From contig CAVZHK010000005.1 of assembly GCA_963775055.1 (NCBI GenBank), positions 511,305 to 575,304 on the forward strand: a DNA stretch of 64,000 bases. The letters run 5' to 3'. The notes beneath the pieces were generated by a model, which saw only the letters and a program-made list of their open reading frames with translations, did not search any database and was not told the DNA's origin. The DNA is from an uncultured Acidimicrobiaceae bacterium. Lineage in GTDB: Bacteria > Actinomycetota > Acidimicrobiia > Acidimicrobiales > CAIXPF01. The translations under genes were made by a program, and so were the position numbers. The first letter of the stretch is position 1. Each line of letters begins with the position of its first letter. Shown piece after piece: positions 19,354 to 29,015 of this stretch.

Positions 19354-20736
19354 TCACTCCGCGGCATCAGCCAGCAGCTCGGAGAGGGACGGGTGCACCA
19401 GCAGCGAGTCGATGATGTCGCCGACCTTCAGGCGATTGGTGACCGCCACCGCGATGACCGCGATCAGCTCCGCTGCGTGACGCCCCACGATGGAACCGCC
19501 CAGCACCACCCCGGTGTAGGGGTCCGACAAGATCTTCACGAAGCCACGGGTGTCGTTGTTGATCAAGGCCTTGGCCGATGATGCCAGGGGCACCTTCGTC
19601 ACCCGGATCTTGCGCCCCAGGTTGAACGCCTCGACCTCGGGCAAGCCCACATCTGCGATCTCCGGCTCGGTGAAGATGGCCGAGGCCGCCATGTCATAGT
19701 CGAGGTGGCGGTGATCGAGGGTGTGCATCCCCATGGCATGTTCGGCGATCTTGCGACCCTGCATCGATGCCACCGACGAGAGCGGCAGTTTGCCCGACAC
19801 GTCACCGGCCACATAGATGTGCTTGACGTTGGTCTGCAGATGATGCCCGGTGTTCACCGGATAACCACGTTCATCTAAGTGCACCCCGGCCGCGGCCAGC
19901 CCCAGATCCTCAACGTTGGCGATGGAACCGATGGCCAGCAGCGCGTGGCTGCCCTGCACCACCCGGCCGTCATCGCAGCGGACGCGAACGCCCCCGTCTC
20001 CGCCGTTGCCGTCATCAAGCCGGTCGATGCCGATGGCCTTTGCTCCCTTGAGCAGGTTCACGCCCCGCTCGAGGAAGTTCTCCTCCAGGGCCGCGGCCAC
20101 CTCGGCATCCTTGCGGGGCAGCACCTGCTGGCGGGACACGATGAGGGTGACCTTGCAGCCAAGTGAGCTGAACATGTGCACGAACTCCACCCCGGTGACG
20201 CCTGACCCGATGACCACCAGGTGCGAGGGCAGCATGGGCGGCGGATAGGCATCACGGGTGATCAGGATGCGCTGATGGTCTACCTTGGCCCAGTCCGGGA
20301 TGCGGGGGCGGGACCCGGTGGCGATGAGGATCCGGTCCGCTTCCAGTTCATGGCACCCCTCGGCCGTCTCCACCACCACCTGGTTGGGCCCCGTCAACCG
20401 TCCCGTCCCGCGATGGAGGGTCACCCCCTGGCTTTCCAACAGCTCGGTGACGGAGGACGCCAGCCGGGCGGTGATGGTGCCGATGCGCTCCCGCAGCCCT
20501 TCGAGGTCAATGTGACCCTGGGCCTGATCGAGCCCGAACCCCTCGACCCGGTGCATGAAGCTCATCGCGCCACCGGTGGCGATCATGGCCTTGGAGGGGA
20601 TGCAGTCCCACAGATGGGCGGCACCGCCGATGACGTCCTTCTCGATGAGGGTGACCTTGCCGCCGAGCCGGGCAGCATAGGTGGCCGCCTGATTGCCCGC
20701 CGGCCCGCCCCCGATGATCACGAAGCGCAAGGCCAT
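19354..20736 (-). CDS. Pyridine nucleotide-disulfide oxidoreductase, LpdA-like NAD(P)H flavoprotein
   Basis: FVIIGGGPAGNQAATYAARLG (FAD), VVIGSGVTGVEFVHMF (NAD). There is a single Cys (HLWDCIPSK) where the CxxxxC redox pair normally sits. Confidence 0.85.
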   Translation of the reverse strand: MALRFVIIGGGPAGNQAATYAARLGGKVTLIEKDVIGGAAHLWDCIPSKAMIATGGAMSFMHRVEGFGLDQAQGHIDLEGLRERIGTITARLASSVTELLESQGVTLHRGTGRLTGPNQVVVETAEGCHELEADRILIATGSRPRIPDWAKVDHQRILITRDAYPPPMLPSHLVVIGSGVTGVEFVHMFSSLGCKVTLIVSRQQVLPRKDAEVAAALEENFLERGVNLLKGAKAIGIDRLDDGNGGDGGVRVRCDDGRVVQGSHALLAIGSIANVEDLGLAAAGVHLDERGYPVNTGHHLQTNVKHIYVAGDVSGKLPLSSVASMQGRKIAEHAMGMHTLDHRHLDYDMAASAIFTEPEIADVGLPEVEAFNLGRKIRVTKVPLASSAKALINNDTRGFVKILSDPYTGVVLGGSIVGRHAAELIAVIAVAVTNRLKVGDIIDSLLVHPSLSELLADAAE

Positions 20737-20794
20737 CCCAGCAGGCTATCGGCGCGCCATGGGAGTGCGGTGAGTACGACGAGCGCGTTCGGGC

Positions 20795-22495
20795 TCACCC
20801 ATTTGGGTCAAGGGACGGCGGGATCGAACGTGGATCGGCAAAGGCGACGATGGCGTAGGTCGGGGTCTCACCCACGAGGGTGCCCGCCGCCAACGCCGCT
20901 GCGGTGGTGTCGTCGGGGAAGTCCTTGCGGAACACGAACACGGCCGGTCGCTGCTGAGCCTGTTGCACGAAGGCCGGGTTCGGCAATCGCATGACGGGCC
21001 GATCGATGAGGAACGTCAAGACCGGTCCGTTGCGCAGCACCGAATCGGACACGCCGACCACGGTGCCTTCCGCCAGCGCCGAACGAAGCTGCCCGACCTC
21101 GGCCTCCGCCGCGGACCAGTCGATGGCGCCAGTGACGTTGCCGTAGGGCTGCACCCCAGGATCGGACAGGATGAACCCGAACCCGCACACGCTGGCGACG
21201 GCCACCCCAAGTCCGGTCAGCCGGCTCGGCGCCCATCGGTGCAACGCCCCCGTGACCTCCGCCGCCAACCATCCCGCGGGCAACGTCATGGAGAACAACA
21301 GCAGCGCGATGGTGTGCACGTGGCGGTGGGTGTGCTCCCGGGCCACCAGCACCCAGGCCAGCTCGGCGACCAACACCACTGCGCCCAACGCCAGCATCCG
21401 CCCCTTTCGCCGGAGCCCGGCCCGCACCGCCGCCACCGCCACGGCCCCCAAGGCCAGCGCCGCCAGGACGGGCACGTAGACCCAGATTCGGTGGGCCCAT
21501 TCCTCAGCGAAAGTGTTGGAAAAGCTGGTTGGGTCACCATTGAGACGAACCCGGGCCGCGTTGCGCATGGCCGAGAGATCCCCACCGAGCGGGCCTGGCA
21601 GGATGACCACGAAGAAAAGGCGTCCCAACACCCCCAGCAGCACGCCCAACCCCGATACGACCAGGGACGGAACCAACGCCTCGCGCACTGTCCCGCGACG
21701 ACCGACCGTCCGTACCAGCGGGTATGCAAAGGCGAAGAGGGCCGCCGCCGGGAAGCTCTCGAGCCCCAAGACGGCGGCCTGAGATGCGACGGCCAGGACC
21801 CCGAGAACGATACCGACCACGCGGGCCCGTCCCTGCGACCGTTTGTCGAGACCAGCGGTGACGGCCACGATTAGGAACGTCCCGGCCCGGCCCAACAGAT
21901 CCACCGGCACATACCCGAAGGAATCCGCCAGCAATCGCACCGGTGCCGCGGTCAACAGAAACGCAGTGGCGAACCGGGCCGTACGGCGACCGGCGACCAG
22001 CCGGGCAAAGCAGAAGAATACGTACGCCGCGGCCGCTGTCTGCAACAACGGCAGCACACGAACCTGGCGCGGTTCGAGCCCTGCCCGGTAGGCCAGCGCT
22101 TGCGCCTGGAAGGTCATGGTTGGCCAATTGGCGTACAGATACGGCTGGGTACCCAGCTCGTAGCCATCATCAAGGGGCAGCGCCAGGCGCGAGGTCCACA
22201 ATCCGAACTGGTCGAGCCGCTCAGCGGACTCCACCAACTCCATATCACTCCACCAATCACCGTGATCGGGCGTGTTGGACCGAACGCTTTGCCCCACGTA
22301 CACCGTGAGCACGAACAGCGCCAAGCCGATCAGTACCAGGCGATCCGGCCGCACGGCCCGGAGAAACGGTTGCACACACTCCGCTGAGCCCGAGCGTCGC
22401 GGACGAAGAGGTCCGTCAACGATCTCCCGGAGATCGATGGCTTCAGCGTCTGGTACCGCCGGCACCGATCTCACCACCGCGCTCGGGATGTTCAC
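20795..22495 (-). CDS. Polytopic membrane protein, putative GT-C-type glycosyltransferase, with a soluble C-terminal domain
   Basis: Multiple hydrophobic segments followed by a ~130-aa non-hydrophobic tail. I set the start at GTG 22495, which forms a GTGA overlap with the methyltransferase stop. The track ORF extends to 22576. Confidence 0.6.
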   Translation of the reverse strand: MNIPSAVVRSVPAVPDAEAIDLREIVDGPLRPRRSGSAECVQPFLRAVRPDRLVLIGLALFVLTVYVGQSVRSNTPDHGDWWSDMELVESAERLDQFGLWTSRLALPLDDGYELGTQPYLYANWPTMTFQAQALAYRAGLEPRQVRVLPLLQTAAAAYVFFCFARLVAGRRTARFATAFLLTAAPVRLLADSFGYVPVDLLGRAGTFLIVAVTAGLDKRSQGRARVVGIVLGVLAVASQAAVLGLESFPAAALFAFAYPLVRTVGRRGTVREALVPSLVVSGLGVLLGVLGRLFFVVILPGPLGGDLSAMRNAARVRLNGDPTSFSNTFAEEWAHRIWVYVPVLAALALGAVAVAAVRAGLRRKGRMLALGAVVLVAELAWVLVAREHTHRHVHTIALLLFSMTLPAGWLAAEVTGALHRWAPSRLTGLGVAVASVCGFGFILSDPGVQPYGNVTGAIDWSAAEAEVGQLRSALAEGTVVGVSDSVLRNGPVLTFLIDRPVMRLPNPAFVQQAQQRPAVFVFRKDFPDDTTAAALAAGTLVGETPTYAIVAFADPRSIPPSLDPNG

Positions 22496-23298
22496 GCCGG
22501 AACCCGGGCCACCGCTACCAGTTGCCAGCCGAAGCGGCTGTCCGGCACGGCGAAACGGAAAAGACGGTCGAACCATCCCATGACCAACGCCGCCACTCGC
22601 CCACCGGCGGGCACCGCAACCGACTGGTCCCTTGAGGGCAGCTGCCCGGAGACCCGAACGTCCTCGATCAGGCGCTTGCCCCGGGCGATGACGGCCAGCT
22701 TGTACAGGTTGAACACCGGGAACCCGGCGCCGCTGACCCGTTCAACGTCCAGGCCGGCGTCCACCAGCACCGCTCGCAACGAAGCCTTGTTGAAATGACG
22801 CCGGTGACCGATGTGCTTGTCGAACGCGGAGCGGGGTCCACCGGGCACGGTGATCACCACCACCGCCCCCGACTGCAGGTGCGGGAGCGCATGGCGTAGC
22901 AGCAGCGCCGGATCGTCCACGTGCTCGAGCACCTCCGAGCAGCAGGCGTGGGTGGCCCATCCCGCCAGCACGTCGGGTACCACAGCCTCCTCGAGCAGGT
23001 TGCGCTGCACGACCAGCGCCCGTGGCACCTTGCGGAGGCATTCCTGCACGCCGGTGCGGCTGAGCTCGAGGCCCGCCAGTTCGGCTTGAGGAAACTCCAG
23101 AGCGACGAAACGCAGCAAATCCCCCTGGCCCACGCCGATATCGAGGAACCTCGCGGGTGGGCCGGTGGCATGCAGCGCCTTCATGACCTGACCCCGACGG
23201 TATGCCTGGGCCGGGTTGTCCGTTGCGCTGGAGGCGTAGTCACCCCAGTGCGATTCCCAGTCGTCCTGCCCTGTGCCGGGCGGAGACGCCATGGTCAC
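22492..23298 (-). CDS. Class I SAM-dependent methyltransferase
   Basis: FLDIGVGQGDLLRFVA (motif I), CCSEVLEHVDDPALLLRHA..GAVVVITVP. Confidence 0.8.
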   Translation of the reverse strand: MTMASPPGTGQDDWESHWGDYASSATDNPAQAYRRGQVMKALHATGPPARFLDIGVGQGDLLRFVALEFPQAELAGLELSRTGVQECLRKVPRALVVQRNLLEEAVVPDVLAGWATHACCSEVLEHVDDPALLLRHALPHLQSGAVVVITVPGGPRSAFDKHIGHRRHFNKASLRAVLVDAGLDVERVSGAGFPVFNLYKLAVIARGKRLIEDVRVSGQLPSRDQSVAVPAGGRVAALVMGWFDRLFRFAVPDSRFGWQLVAVARVPA

Positions 23299-24014
23299 AG
23301 CGCGTACCCGGCGGTCACTGCATCGCGATGGAACATCAGCACCGTCTCTACTGAGAACTGATCGAGATCCTTACCCAGGCCCGGAAGTTTCTTGAGCAGA
23401 TCGTGGGTGACGGTGATGATGTGACAACCCGCGTCGTTGGCCTGCACCACGTTCAGCACCTCGCGCGGCGAGGCCCAGATGACCTCCATCTGAGGTTGGT
23501 CGACCGTGGCCGCGACGGCATGGGAGACGATGGGCAATGGATCCTGCCCGGCATCGGCGATACGCCCCGCGAACACCGATACGTTCGAAGCCGGGCCGTC
23601 ACGGAGGGCAACGGTGACCCAATCGATCTGCGACGGCGTGAAGATGGCGGTCACGTTCAGCTGCACCCCACCGGCCACCAGGCTGCGGATCAGTCGCTCG
23701 CTCGAAACCCGTTGGGTGTTGGTGACGGGGATCTTGACGAACACATTGGGGGCCCACTGGGCGATGCGCCGGGCCTGCTTCTCCATTTCGTCGTGATCGT
23801 CGGAGAACACCTCGAAGGAGATCGGACGGTCCCGCACCACCTCCAGGACGTCACGGGCGAAGCGCTCGTAGTCCACCACCCCGGCCTGGCGCATCAGGGT
23901 GGGGTTGGTGGTGAACCCCTTGATCAGCGGATCCGCCGCCAACGCCGAGATCCCGGCAAGGTCGGCGCCGTCAGCGAAGACCTTGACCTTCAGCTGGGAC
24001 AACATGTCGGTCAC
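23295..24014 (-). CDS. Transaldolase-family protein (short Fsa/TalC-like type)
   Basis: FADGADL..IKGFTTNPTLM, FVKIPVTN (Schiff-base Lys region), LNVTAIFT. Confidence 0.8.
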   Translation of the reverse strand: MTDMLSQLKVKVFADGADLAGISALAADPLIKGFTTNPTLMRQAGVVDYERFARDVLEVVRDRPISFEVFSDDHDEMEKQARRIAQWAPNVFVKIPVTNTQRVSSERLIRSLVAGGVQLNVTAIFTPSQIDWVTVALRDGPASNVSVFAGRIADAGQDPLPIVSHAVAATVDQPQMEVIWASPREVLNVVQANDAGCHIITVTHDLLKKLPGLGKDLDQFSVETVLMFHRDAVTAGYAL

Positions 24015-24592
24015 CGGCGAGGTACTCCCTCTGTCGTCGCCCGTTCGACGATGAACGGGACGGCCTGGATCAATGCTCCCACAACCAGATCCGGGGTCTG
24101 AGGCTTTCGTTCCGCATAGCCGTGATCAACGAAAACCGTGGCCACCCCGGCAGCCCGTCCGGCGTCGACGTCCCGCCAACGGTCACCGACCATGGTGGAA
24201 CGTTCCAAGTCCAACCCGAGTTCAGCGGCGGCGTCAAGCAGCATACCGGGACGCGGTTTGCGACACTGGCAGTCGTCATGGTCGTCGTGGGGGCAGGTCA
24301 GGACCCGGCTCACACCGAGGCCACTGACCACGGCCGCGTTGATGGCATCGACCGCGGCACCGGTGGTGGCGCCCCTGGCGATGTCGGGCTGGTTGGTTAC
24401 CACGACGAGCACCAGCCCGGCGGCTCGAAGTTGCGTGCAGGCCTCGGTCACGCCCTCGAGCAACACCACGTGATCAGCGTGATCCGGTGGATGGGGCACA
24501 TCACCGTGCACCGTGGTGGCGTTGAGAACGCCGTCCCGATCGAGGAAGGCCGCGGGACGTAGAGCCCCGCTTCCATGGGCGGACCCGCTCAC
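24011..24592 (-). CDS. gmhB: D-glycero-D-manno-heptose 1,7-bisphosphate phosphatase (HAD family)
   Basis: AFLDRDGVLN (HAD motif I), VVVTNQPDIARG, CPHDDHDDCQCRKPRPGML (Zn-loop type), VGDRWRDVDAGRAAG. Confidence 0.85.
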   Translation of the reverse strand: MSGSAHGSGALRPAAFLDRDGVLNATTVHGDVPHPPDHADHVVLLEGVTEACTQLRAAGLVLVVVTNQPDIARGATTGAAVDAINAAVVSGLGVSRVLTCPHDDHDDCQCRKPRPGMLLDAAAELGLDLERSTMVGDRWRDVDAGRAAGVATVFVDHGYAERKPQTPDLVVGALIQAVPFIVERATTEGVPRR

Positions 24593-25569
24593 GTCAAGCG
24601 GCCGGCGCGGGCATCATCCACCATGGCCGCCATCGAATCCCGAATGGCCTCCCGGCTGGTACGGGCACAGCGCCAACCGGTGTCCTTGATGCGGGTGGTA
24701 TCCAGCCGCACGATCGGGACATCGCCCTTCCAGCCCCGGTCACCGCCGCTGTAGGTGAAGCGCACCGAACCGGGTTCCAGCCCCACGACCTCGACCGCGA
24801 CCTCGGCGATCTCGGAGACGGTGATGTAATCCCCCGTGGCCACGTTGTACGCGTCGAACGGCTCGCTCCCCGCCAAACCCGCAACGGTCAGCACGGCGTC
24901 CACCACGTCGAACACGTGGATGTAGGACTTGGACTGTTGACCGTCACCCAAGATGGCGAGCTGCTGCGGGTCCGCCAACAACCGCCGGACGAAATCGAAG
25001 CCCACGCCGTGGGTTTGGCGAGGTCCGACCACGTTGCCGAAGCGAAAGGCCGCCCCCCGCAACCCGAACATGTGGGCATAGGAACAGATGAGCGCCTCAC
25101 CGGCCAGCTTCGAGGCCCCATAGGTGGACACCGGGCGCAGCGGACCGTGGTCCTCCCGGGCTGCGTGCTCGTGCAGGTCGCCGTACACCCCCGAGCCCGA
25201 GGCGTACAGGATCAGCGGCACCCCGGCCCGGCGGGCGGCCTCGACCACCGAATGGGTCAGCGCGCTGCCCTCGTGGAAGTCCACGGTGGGATCGGTCATG
25301 GCCTTGGCGATGTCAGGATTTGAGGCCAGGTGGATGACCGTGTCATGACCGGCCAGGGTTTGTTCAAGTGCCGCCATGTCGGCCACCTCGCCCCGCACCA
25401 CCTGGAGCCGGGTGTCGGCCGAATGGTGCGCGTAGTGCCATTCCCGACCGGAACTGAAGTTGTCGTACAGCGTTACCGCCTCGATCGCCGCCGAGGCCAG
25501 CAACCGATCGGCAAAATGACCGCCGATGAAGCCGGCCCCGCCGACGATGGCCACCCGACGCAGGCTCAT
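24589..25569 (-). CDS. NAD-dependent epimerase/dehydratase (nucleotide-sugar modifying SDR)
   Basis: From Met 31 of the track ORF (MSLRRVAIVGGAGFIGGHF), YGASKLAGE (YxxxK). ATGA overlap with the gmhA stop. Confidence 0.8.
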   Translation of the reverse strand: MSLRRVAIVGGAGFIGGHFADRLLASAAIEAVTLYDNFSSGREWHYAHHSADTRLQVVRGEVADMAALEQTLAGHDTVIHLASNPDIAKAMTDPTVDFHEGSALTHSVVEAARRAGVPLILYASGSGVYGDLHEHAAREDHGPLRPVSTYGASKLAGEALICSYAHMFGLRGAAFRFGNVVGPRQTHGVGFDFVRRLLADPQQLAILGDGQQSKSYIHVFDVVDAVLTVAGLAGSEPFDAYNVATGDYITVSEIAEVAVEVVGLEPGSVRFTYSGGDRGWKGDVPIVRLDTTRIKDTGWRCARTSREAIRDSMAAMVDDARAGRLT

Positions 25570-26180
25570 CGTGCCGCCACCGGTACCGTCGACTCCCACT
25601 TGGTGGCCGCCGTCTTGAGAGAGGGGTGGCTCACCATGAGATGCCATACGACCGCACACAGCCCCTCGGTGTGAGGGGTGACATGGGCCTCATACAACGG
25701 CGGGATGATCACACAGGCGTCCGCTACGGCGGCGGTGTGGCCGCCCTCGCGGCCCACGACTCCGGTGATGGCGGCGCCGACCGAACGTGCCACCTCCAAG
25801 GCGTTGACGATGTTGGCGGAGACGTTCCGCACCGCGTCACCCCCGCCCACGGAGAACACCAGCAAACCATCCTGCGAGCCGAGCCGGGAGCCTTGCAGCC
25901 AAGCCGCGAAGGTGCTGTCCCAACCTTCGTCATTGGTCCGGGCGGTGAGCTCTGACACGTTGTCGGTGGGGGCGTAGGCCTCGAATCCGCAGATCTTGCG
26001 AAAGTCGTTGACCGCGTGGGATGCGTGGCCGGCGGATCCACCGACGCCCAGGATGAACAGCCGGCCCCCACGGGCCCGCACCGCGGCCAGCACCCCCACC
26101 ACTCGCTCGATGGCGTCGACGTCGAGCGCGTCGATCACGGCGCGGGTCTCCTCAAGGAATGACGAGGCGAAACTGGTCAT
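25566..26180 (-). CDS. gmhA: Phosphoheptose (sedoheptulose-7-phosphate) isomerase, SIS domain
   Basis: From Met 61 (MTSFASSFLEE..). RLFILGVGGSAGHASHAVNDFRK..PTDNVSELTARTNDEGW is typical of GmhA. Confidence 0.85.
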   Translation of the reverse strand: MTSFASSFLEETRAVIDALDVDAIERVVGVLAAVRARGGRLFILGVGGSAGHASHAVNDFRKICGFEAYAPTDNVSELTARTNDEGWDSTFAAWLQGSRLGSQDGLLVFSVGGGDAVRNVSANIVNALEVARSVGAAITGVVGREGGHTAAVADACVIIPPLYEAHVTPHTEGLCAVVWHLMVSHPSLKTAATKWESTVPVAAR

Positions 26181-26302
26181 GTCAGAGGTGCTCTCCCGGG
26201 GCGGGCGCGCTGGCAGGGGCGGGCGGGATGGAATCGGGCTCGAGCGAGCCCTGCCAACGGATGTCCCGCCAAGGACGCGGGCCGTGGCAGAATGGACCAC
26301 TC

Positions 26303-27565
26303 GTGAGCACCACCCTAACATCGAGCGCCGCGCCGCGCCGCCACCGCGTCGACCCGACATCGGACCCTGACATCAGGTTGCTGATCCCGGCGAACGACGT
26401 TAGTAATCCTGAGGTCTCCATTGTGGTGCCCTCGTTGAACGAGGAGATCACGGTCGAGACCTTTGTGGCGTGGTGCCACGAAGGATTGGCGGCCGCTGGG
26501 GCGGTGGGGGAGATCCTCATCGTGGACAGCTCCAGCGACGCCACGCCCGATCTGGCCGTTGCGGCCGGGGCCCGCGTGCTGCGTACCCCCAAGCGCGGAC
26601 TGGGACGGGCGTACATCGACGCCATTCCCTTCGTGCGTGGCAAGTACATCATCATGGGCGATGCCGACTGCACCTATGACTTCCGGCTGCTGAAGCCCTT
26701 CGTCGAGCAATTCCGGCAGGGGCACGAGTTCGTGATGGGCTCGCGTTGGAAGGGGTCCATCGAAAAGGGTGCCATGCCGCCCCATCATCAGTACTTCGGC
26801 ACCCCGCTCACCACCTGGATCCTGAACCGGGTGTATTCCTCGAAGTTCTCCGACATCCATTGCGGCATGCGGGGCATCACCAAGGACGCCCTGATCCGAA
26901 TGGACCTGGCCTCCCAATCCTGGGAGTACGCCTCGGAGATGGTGCTGAAATCGGTGCATCTGGAGTTGCACACCGGTGAGGTACCGGTCCGTTTCCTCAA
27001 GGATCCCGACGGGCGGGTCAGCCATCACCGCAGAATGGGTTGGTTCTCACCGTTCCAGGCAGCGTGGATCAACCTGCGGGCCATGTTCGTGTACGGCGCC
27101 GACTTCTTCGTGTTCAAACCCGGGTTGTTGTTGTTGTTGTTGGGCGTGATCGTCACCGCCGGGCTGAGTGGTGGCCCGCTGACTCTCGGCTCCGTCACCT
27201 TGTCCCTCACCAGCCACTTCATCGCCGCGCTGGCTGCCATTCTGGGCCTTCAGTTCGCGCTCATGGGGTGTGTGGCACGGGTGTTCTTCGACTACACCGG
27301 CCGAAGAACCTCGCAATTGTTGGAGGTTTTCCGTTATACCAGGGCCTCTTTCGTGTCGGCACTGCTCGGTGCTGCGGGAACGCTGTTGCTGGCCCCACTG
27401 GTGGTGACCTATTTCCAGAACGATCTGGCGCTCCCCGAGCTGTCCGTCGCCAACCACCTGGCAGTCAGTGGCCTGTTGCTGATCGTCAGCGCCTTCTCGC
27501 TTTTCGTCTTCACCCTCTTGATCCACGGAGCAGCCATCGCCACCGGCAGAGGGGGACACGGATGA
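26303..27565 (+). CDS. GT2 glycosyltransferase with C-terminal transmembrane helices (polyprenol-phosphate glycosyltransferase-like, GtrB/Ppm1 type)
   Basis: VSIVVPSLNEE..ILIVDSSSDATP..IIMGDADCTYD, then four hydrophobic segments. Start uncertain (GTG 26303 or ATG 26261); the track ORF start at 26159 overlaps gmhA. Confidence 0.8.
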   Translation: MSTTLTSSAAPRRHRVDPTSDPDIRLLIPANDVSNPEVSIVVPSLNEEITVETFVAWCHEGLAAAGAVGEILIVDSSSDATPDLAVAAGARVLRTPKRGLGRAYIDAIPFVRGKYIIMGDADCTYDFRLLKPFVEQFRQGHEFVMGSRWKGSIEKGAMPPHHQYFGTPLTTWILNRVYSSKFSDIHCGMRGITKDALIRMDLASQSWEYASEMVLKSVHLELHTGEVPVRFLKDPDGRVSHHRRMGWFSPFQAAWINLRAMFVYGADFFVFKPGLLLLLLGVIVTAGLSGGPLTLGSVTLSLTSHFIAALAAILGLQFALMGCVARVFFDYTGRRTSQLLEVFRYTRASFVSALLGAAGTLLLAPLVVTYFQNDLALPELSVANHLAVSGLLLIVSAFSLFVFTLLIHGAAIATGRGGHG

Positions 27566-28200
27566 GCACTCCCCGCACCACGTCCTTCGCCCAGGAGCAC
27601 ACGCCATCCCGGGTCGACCGCCTCGGCCGCTGGCTGTCGACGGTGCGCATGCGGCGACTGTTGGGTTCGGTGGCCGGCAAGCGCACGGCTGACATCGGCT
27701 GCGGCCACGACGCGGCGCTGGCGCGATCTCTTTTCGAGGACGCGGGGTCCACGCTGTTGGTGGACGTGGCGCTCGACGCCCGCTTGGCCGACCGCGGCTT
27801 CACCTGCCGGGAGGGTTACCTGCCGGACATACTGGTCGGTGTGGCCGATGCAAGCCTTGACGCCATCATCTGTAACAACGTGATCGAGCACCTCGACGCG
27901 CCCGAAGACACGCTGTCCCACCTCTTCCGCCTGACCGCACCGGGCGGGGTGTGCGTAATCAACGTGCCCTCGTGGCGGGGGAAGCGCTTTCTCGAGCTCG
28001 CCGCCTTCCGGCTGGGGATGGCCCCGCCGGAGGAGATGAACGACCACAAGACCTACTACGATCCGAAAGACCTCTGGCCGTTGCTGGTGCGTGCCGGCTT
28101 CCGCCCCAGCGACCTGACGGTTCGACGCCACAAGGGTGGTCTGAACACCATCGCCTCATGCCGTCGGGGCCCGCTCAGTGACGTAACCTCAGTGAAGTGA
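27562..28200 (+). CDS. Class I SAM-dependent methyltransferase
   Basis: From Met 175 of track ORF 27040-28200 (MSTPRTT..). TADIGCGHDAAL, IICNNVIEHLDAPEDTLSHLFRLTAPGGVCVINVP. ATGA overlap with the GT2 stop. Confidence 0.8.
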   Translation: MSTPRTTSFAQEHTPSRVDRLGRWLSTVRMRRLLGSVAGKRTADIGCGHDAALARSLFEDAGSTLLVDVALDARLADRGFTCREGYLPDILVGVADASLDAIICNNVIEHLDAPEDTLSHLFRLTAPGGVCVINVPSWRGKRFLELAAFRLGMAPPEEMNDHKTYYDPKDLWPLLVRAGFRPSDLTVRRHKGGLNTIASCRRGPLSDVTSVK

Positions 28201-29013
28201 CGTCAGCGTAGGCAACGGCACCGCGGCCAACTTGAACAACAACAGGTGGCCGTTCACGTTGTGGACCAACCGACCAGCGCCGATGTTGGAAGCGAAAAGT
28301 TCGCGCCCCAGCGTGGCCACGCCCTCGCACTCGAAGGCGCCGTAGTCGTCCCAGATCACCACCCCGCCAACGCTCAACCTGGGCCACGCCCATTCCAGCG
28401 TGTCGCGGGCTGATTCGTACACATCGACGTCGATGTGGACCAACCGGAACGACCGATCCTGCACCTGCTCGGCCGTATCCTCCGGAAACATACCCACCAG
28501 TACCGCCACCTCCACCCCTTCGGCCGCAGCCAGGTCCTTGACGATCTGCGGTGAGGTGTCAGCGTGCTCGCCGCCGCGATACCACGGGTCCGCAGAGCCG
28601 GCCTTGGCTACCCCGGCGAACGTGTCACAGAGGTGAACGGAGGCGTCAAGGCCCAGCTCTTTCACCCGGCGAGCCATCAACACCCCGGTGCCGCCGCGCC
28701 ACACGCCGACCTCCAACACGTCCCCCGCCACGTCGGAGAGCTGGCCCAATTGCTCCCACAGCTCATAGCACTTGTATTGGTCAACAAAGGTGTTGCGGGC
28801 AATGGCGTCATAGGTGCGGCGAAAGGCGAGGTCGTCGTGCCACGGGGCGTAGGTCGAGGTCATGGGCACGATCAGCTCATGGGAGTAGCGGGTGTGCGGT
28901 CCCTGCAGCCGACCCCGCCGCAACAGCCGCTCGATTCGTCGATCGGTTCGCAGCCACCATTGCGCCCGCTTCGCAGCACGCCTCGCCAGATCTCGTCCAG
29001 GCATCAGAGCCAA
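28189..29013 (-). CDS. TylF/MycF (macrocin-O-methyltransferase) family sugar O-methyltransferase
   Basis: VLEVGVWRGGTGVLMA, HLCDTFAGV, VHIDVDVYESARDTLEWAWPRLSVGGVVIWDDYG. Confidence 0.85.
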   Translation of the reverse strand: MALMPGRDLARRAAKRAQWWLRTDRRIERLLRRGRLQGPHTRYSHELIVPMTSTYAPWHDDLAFRRTYDAIARNTFVDQYKCYELWEQLGQLSDVAGDVLEVGVWRGGTGVLMARRVKELGLDASVHLCDTFAGVAKAGSADPWYRGGEHADTSPQIVKDLAAAEGVEVAVLVGMFPEDTAEQVQDRSFRLVHIDVDVYESARDTLEWAWPRLSVGGVVIWDDYGAFECEGVATLGRELFASNIGAGRLVHNVNGHLLLFKLAAVPLPTLTSLH

Positions 29014-29015
29014 GG

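Noticed and set aside
27124-27142. (GTT)6 / (TTG)6 trinucleotide microsatellite
   Set aside because: It is in frame inside a predicted TM helix of the GT2 protein, where it encodes a Leu run. This is compositionally unsurprising, and length change would not shift the frame.
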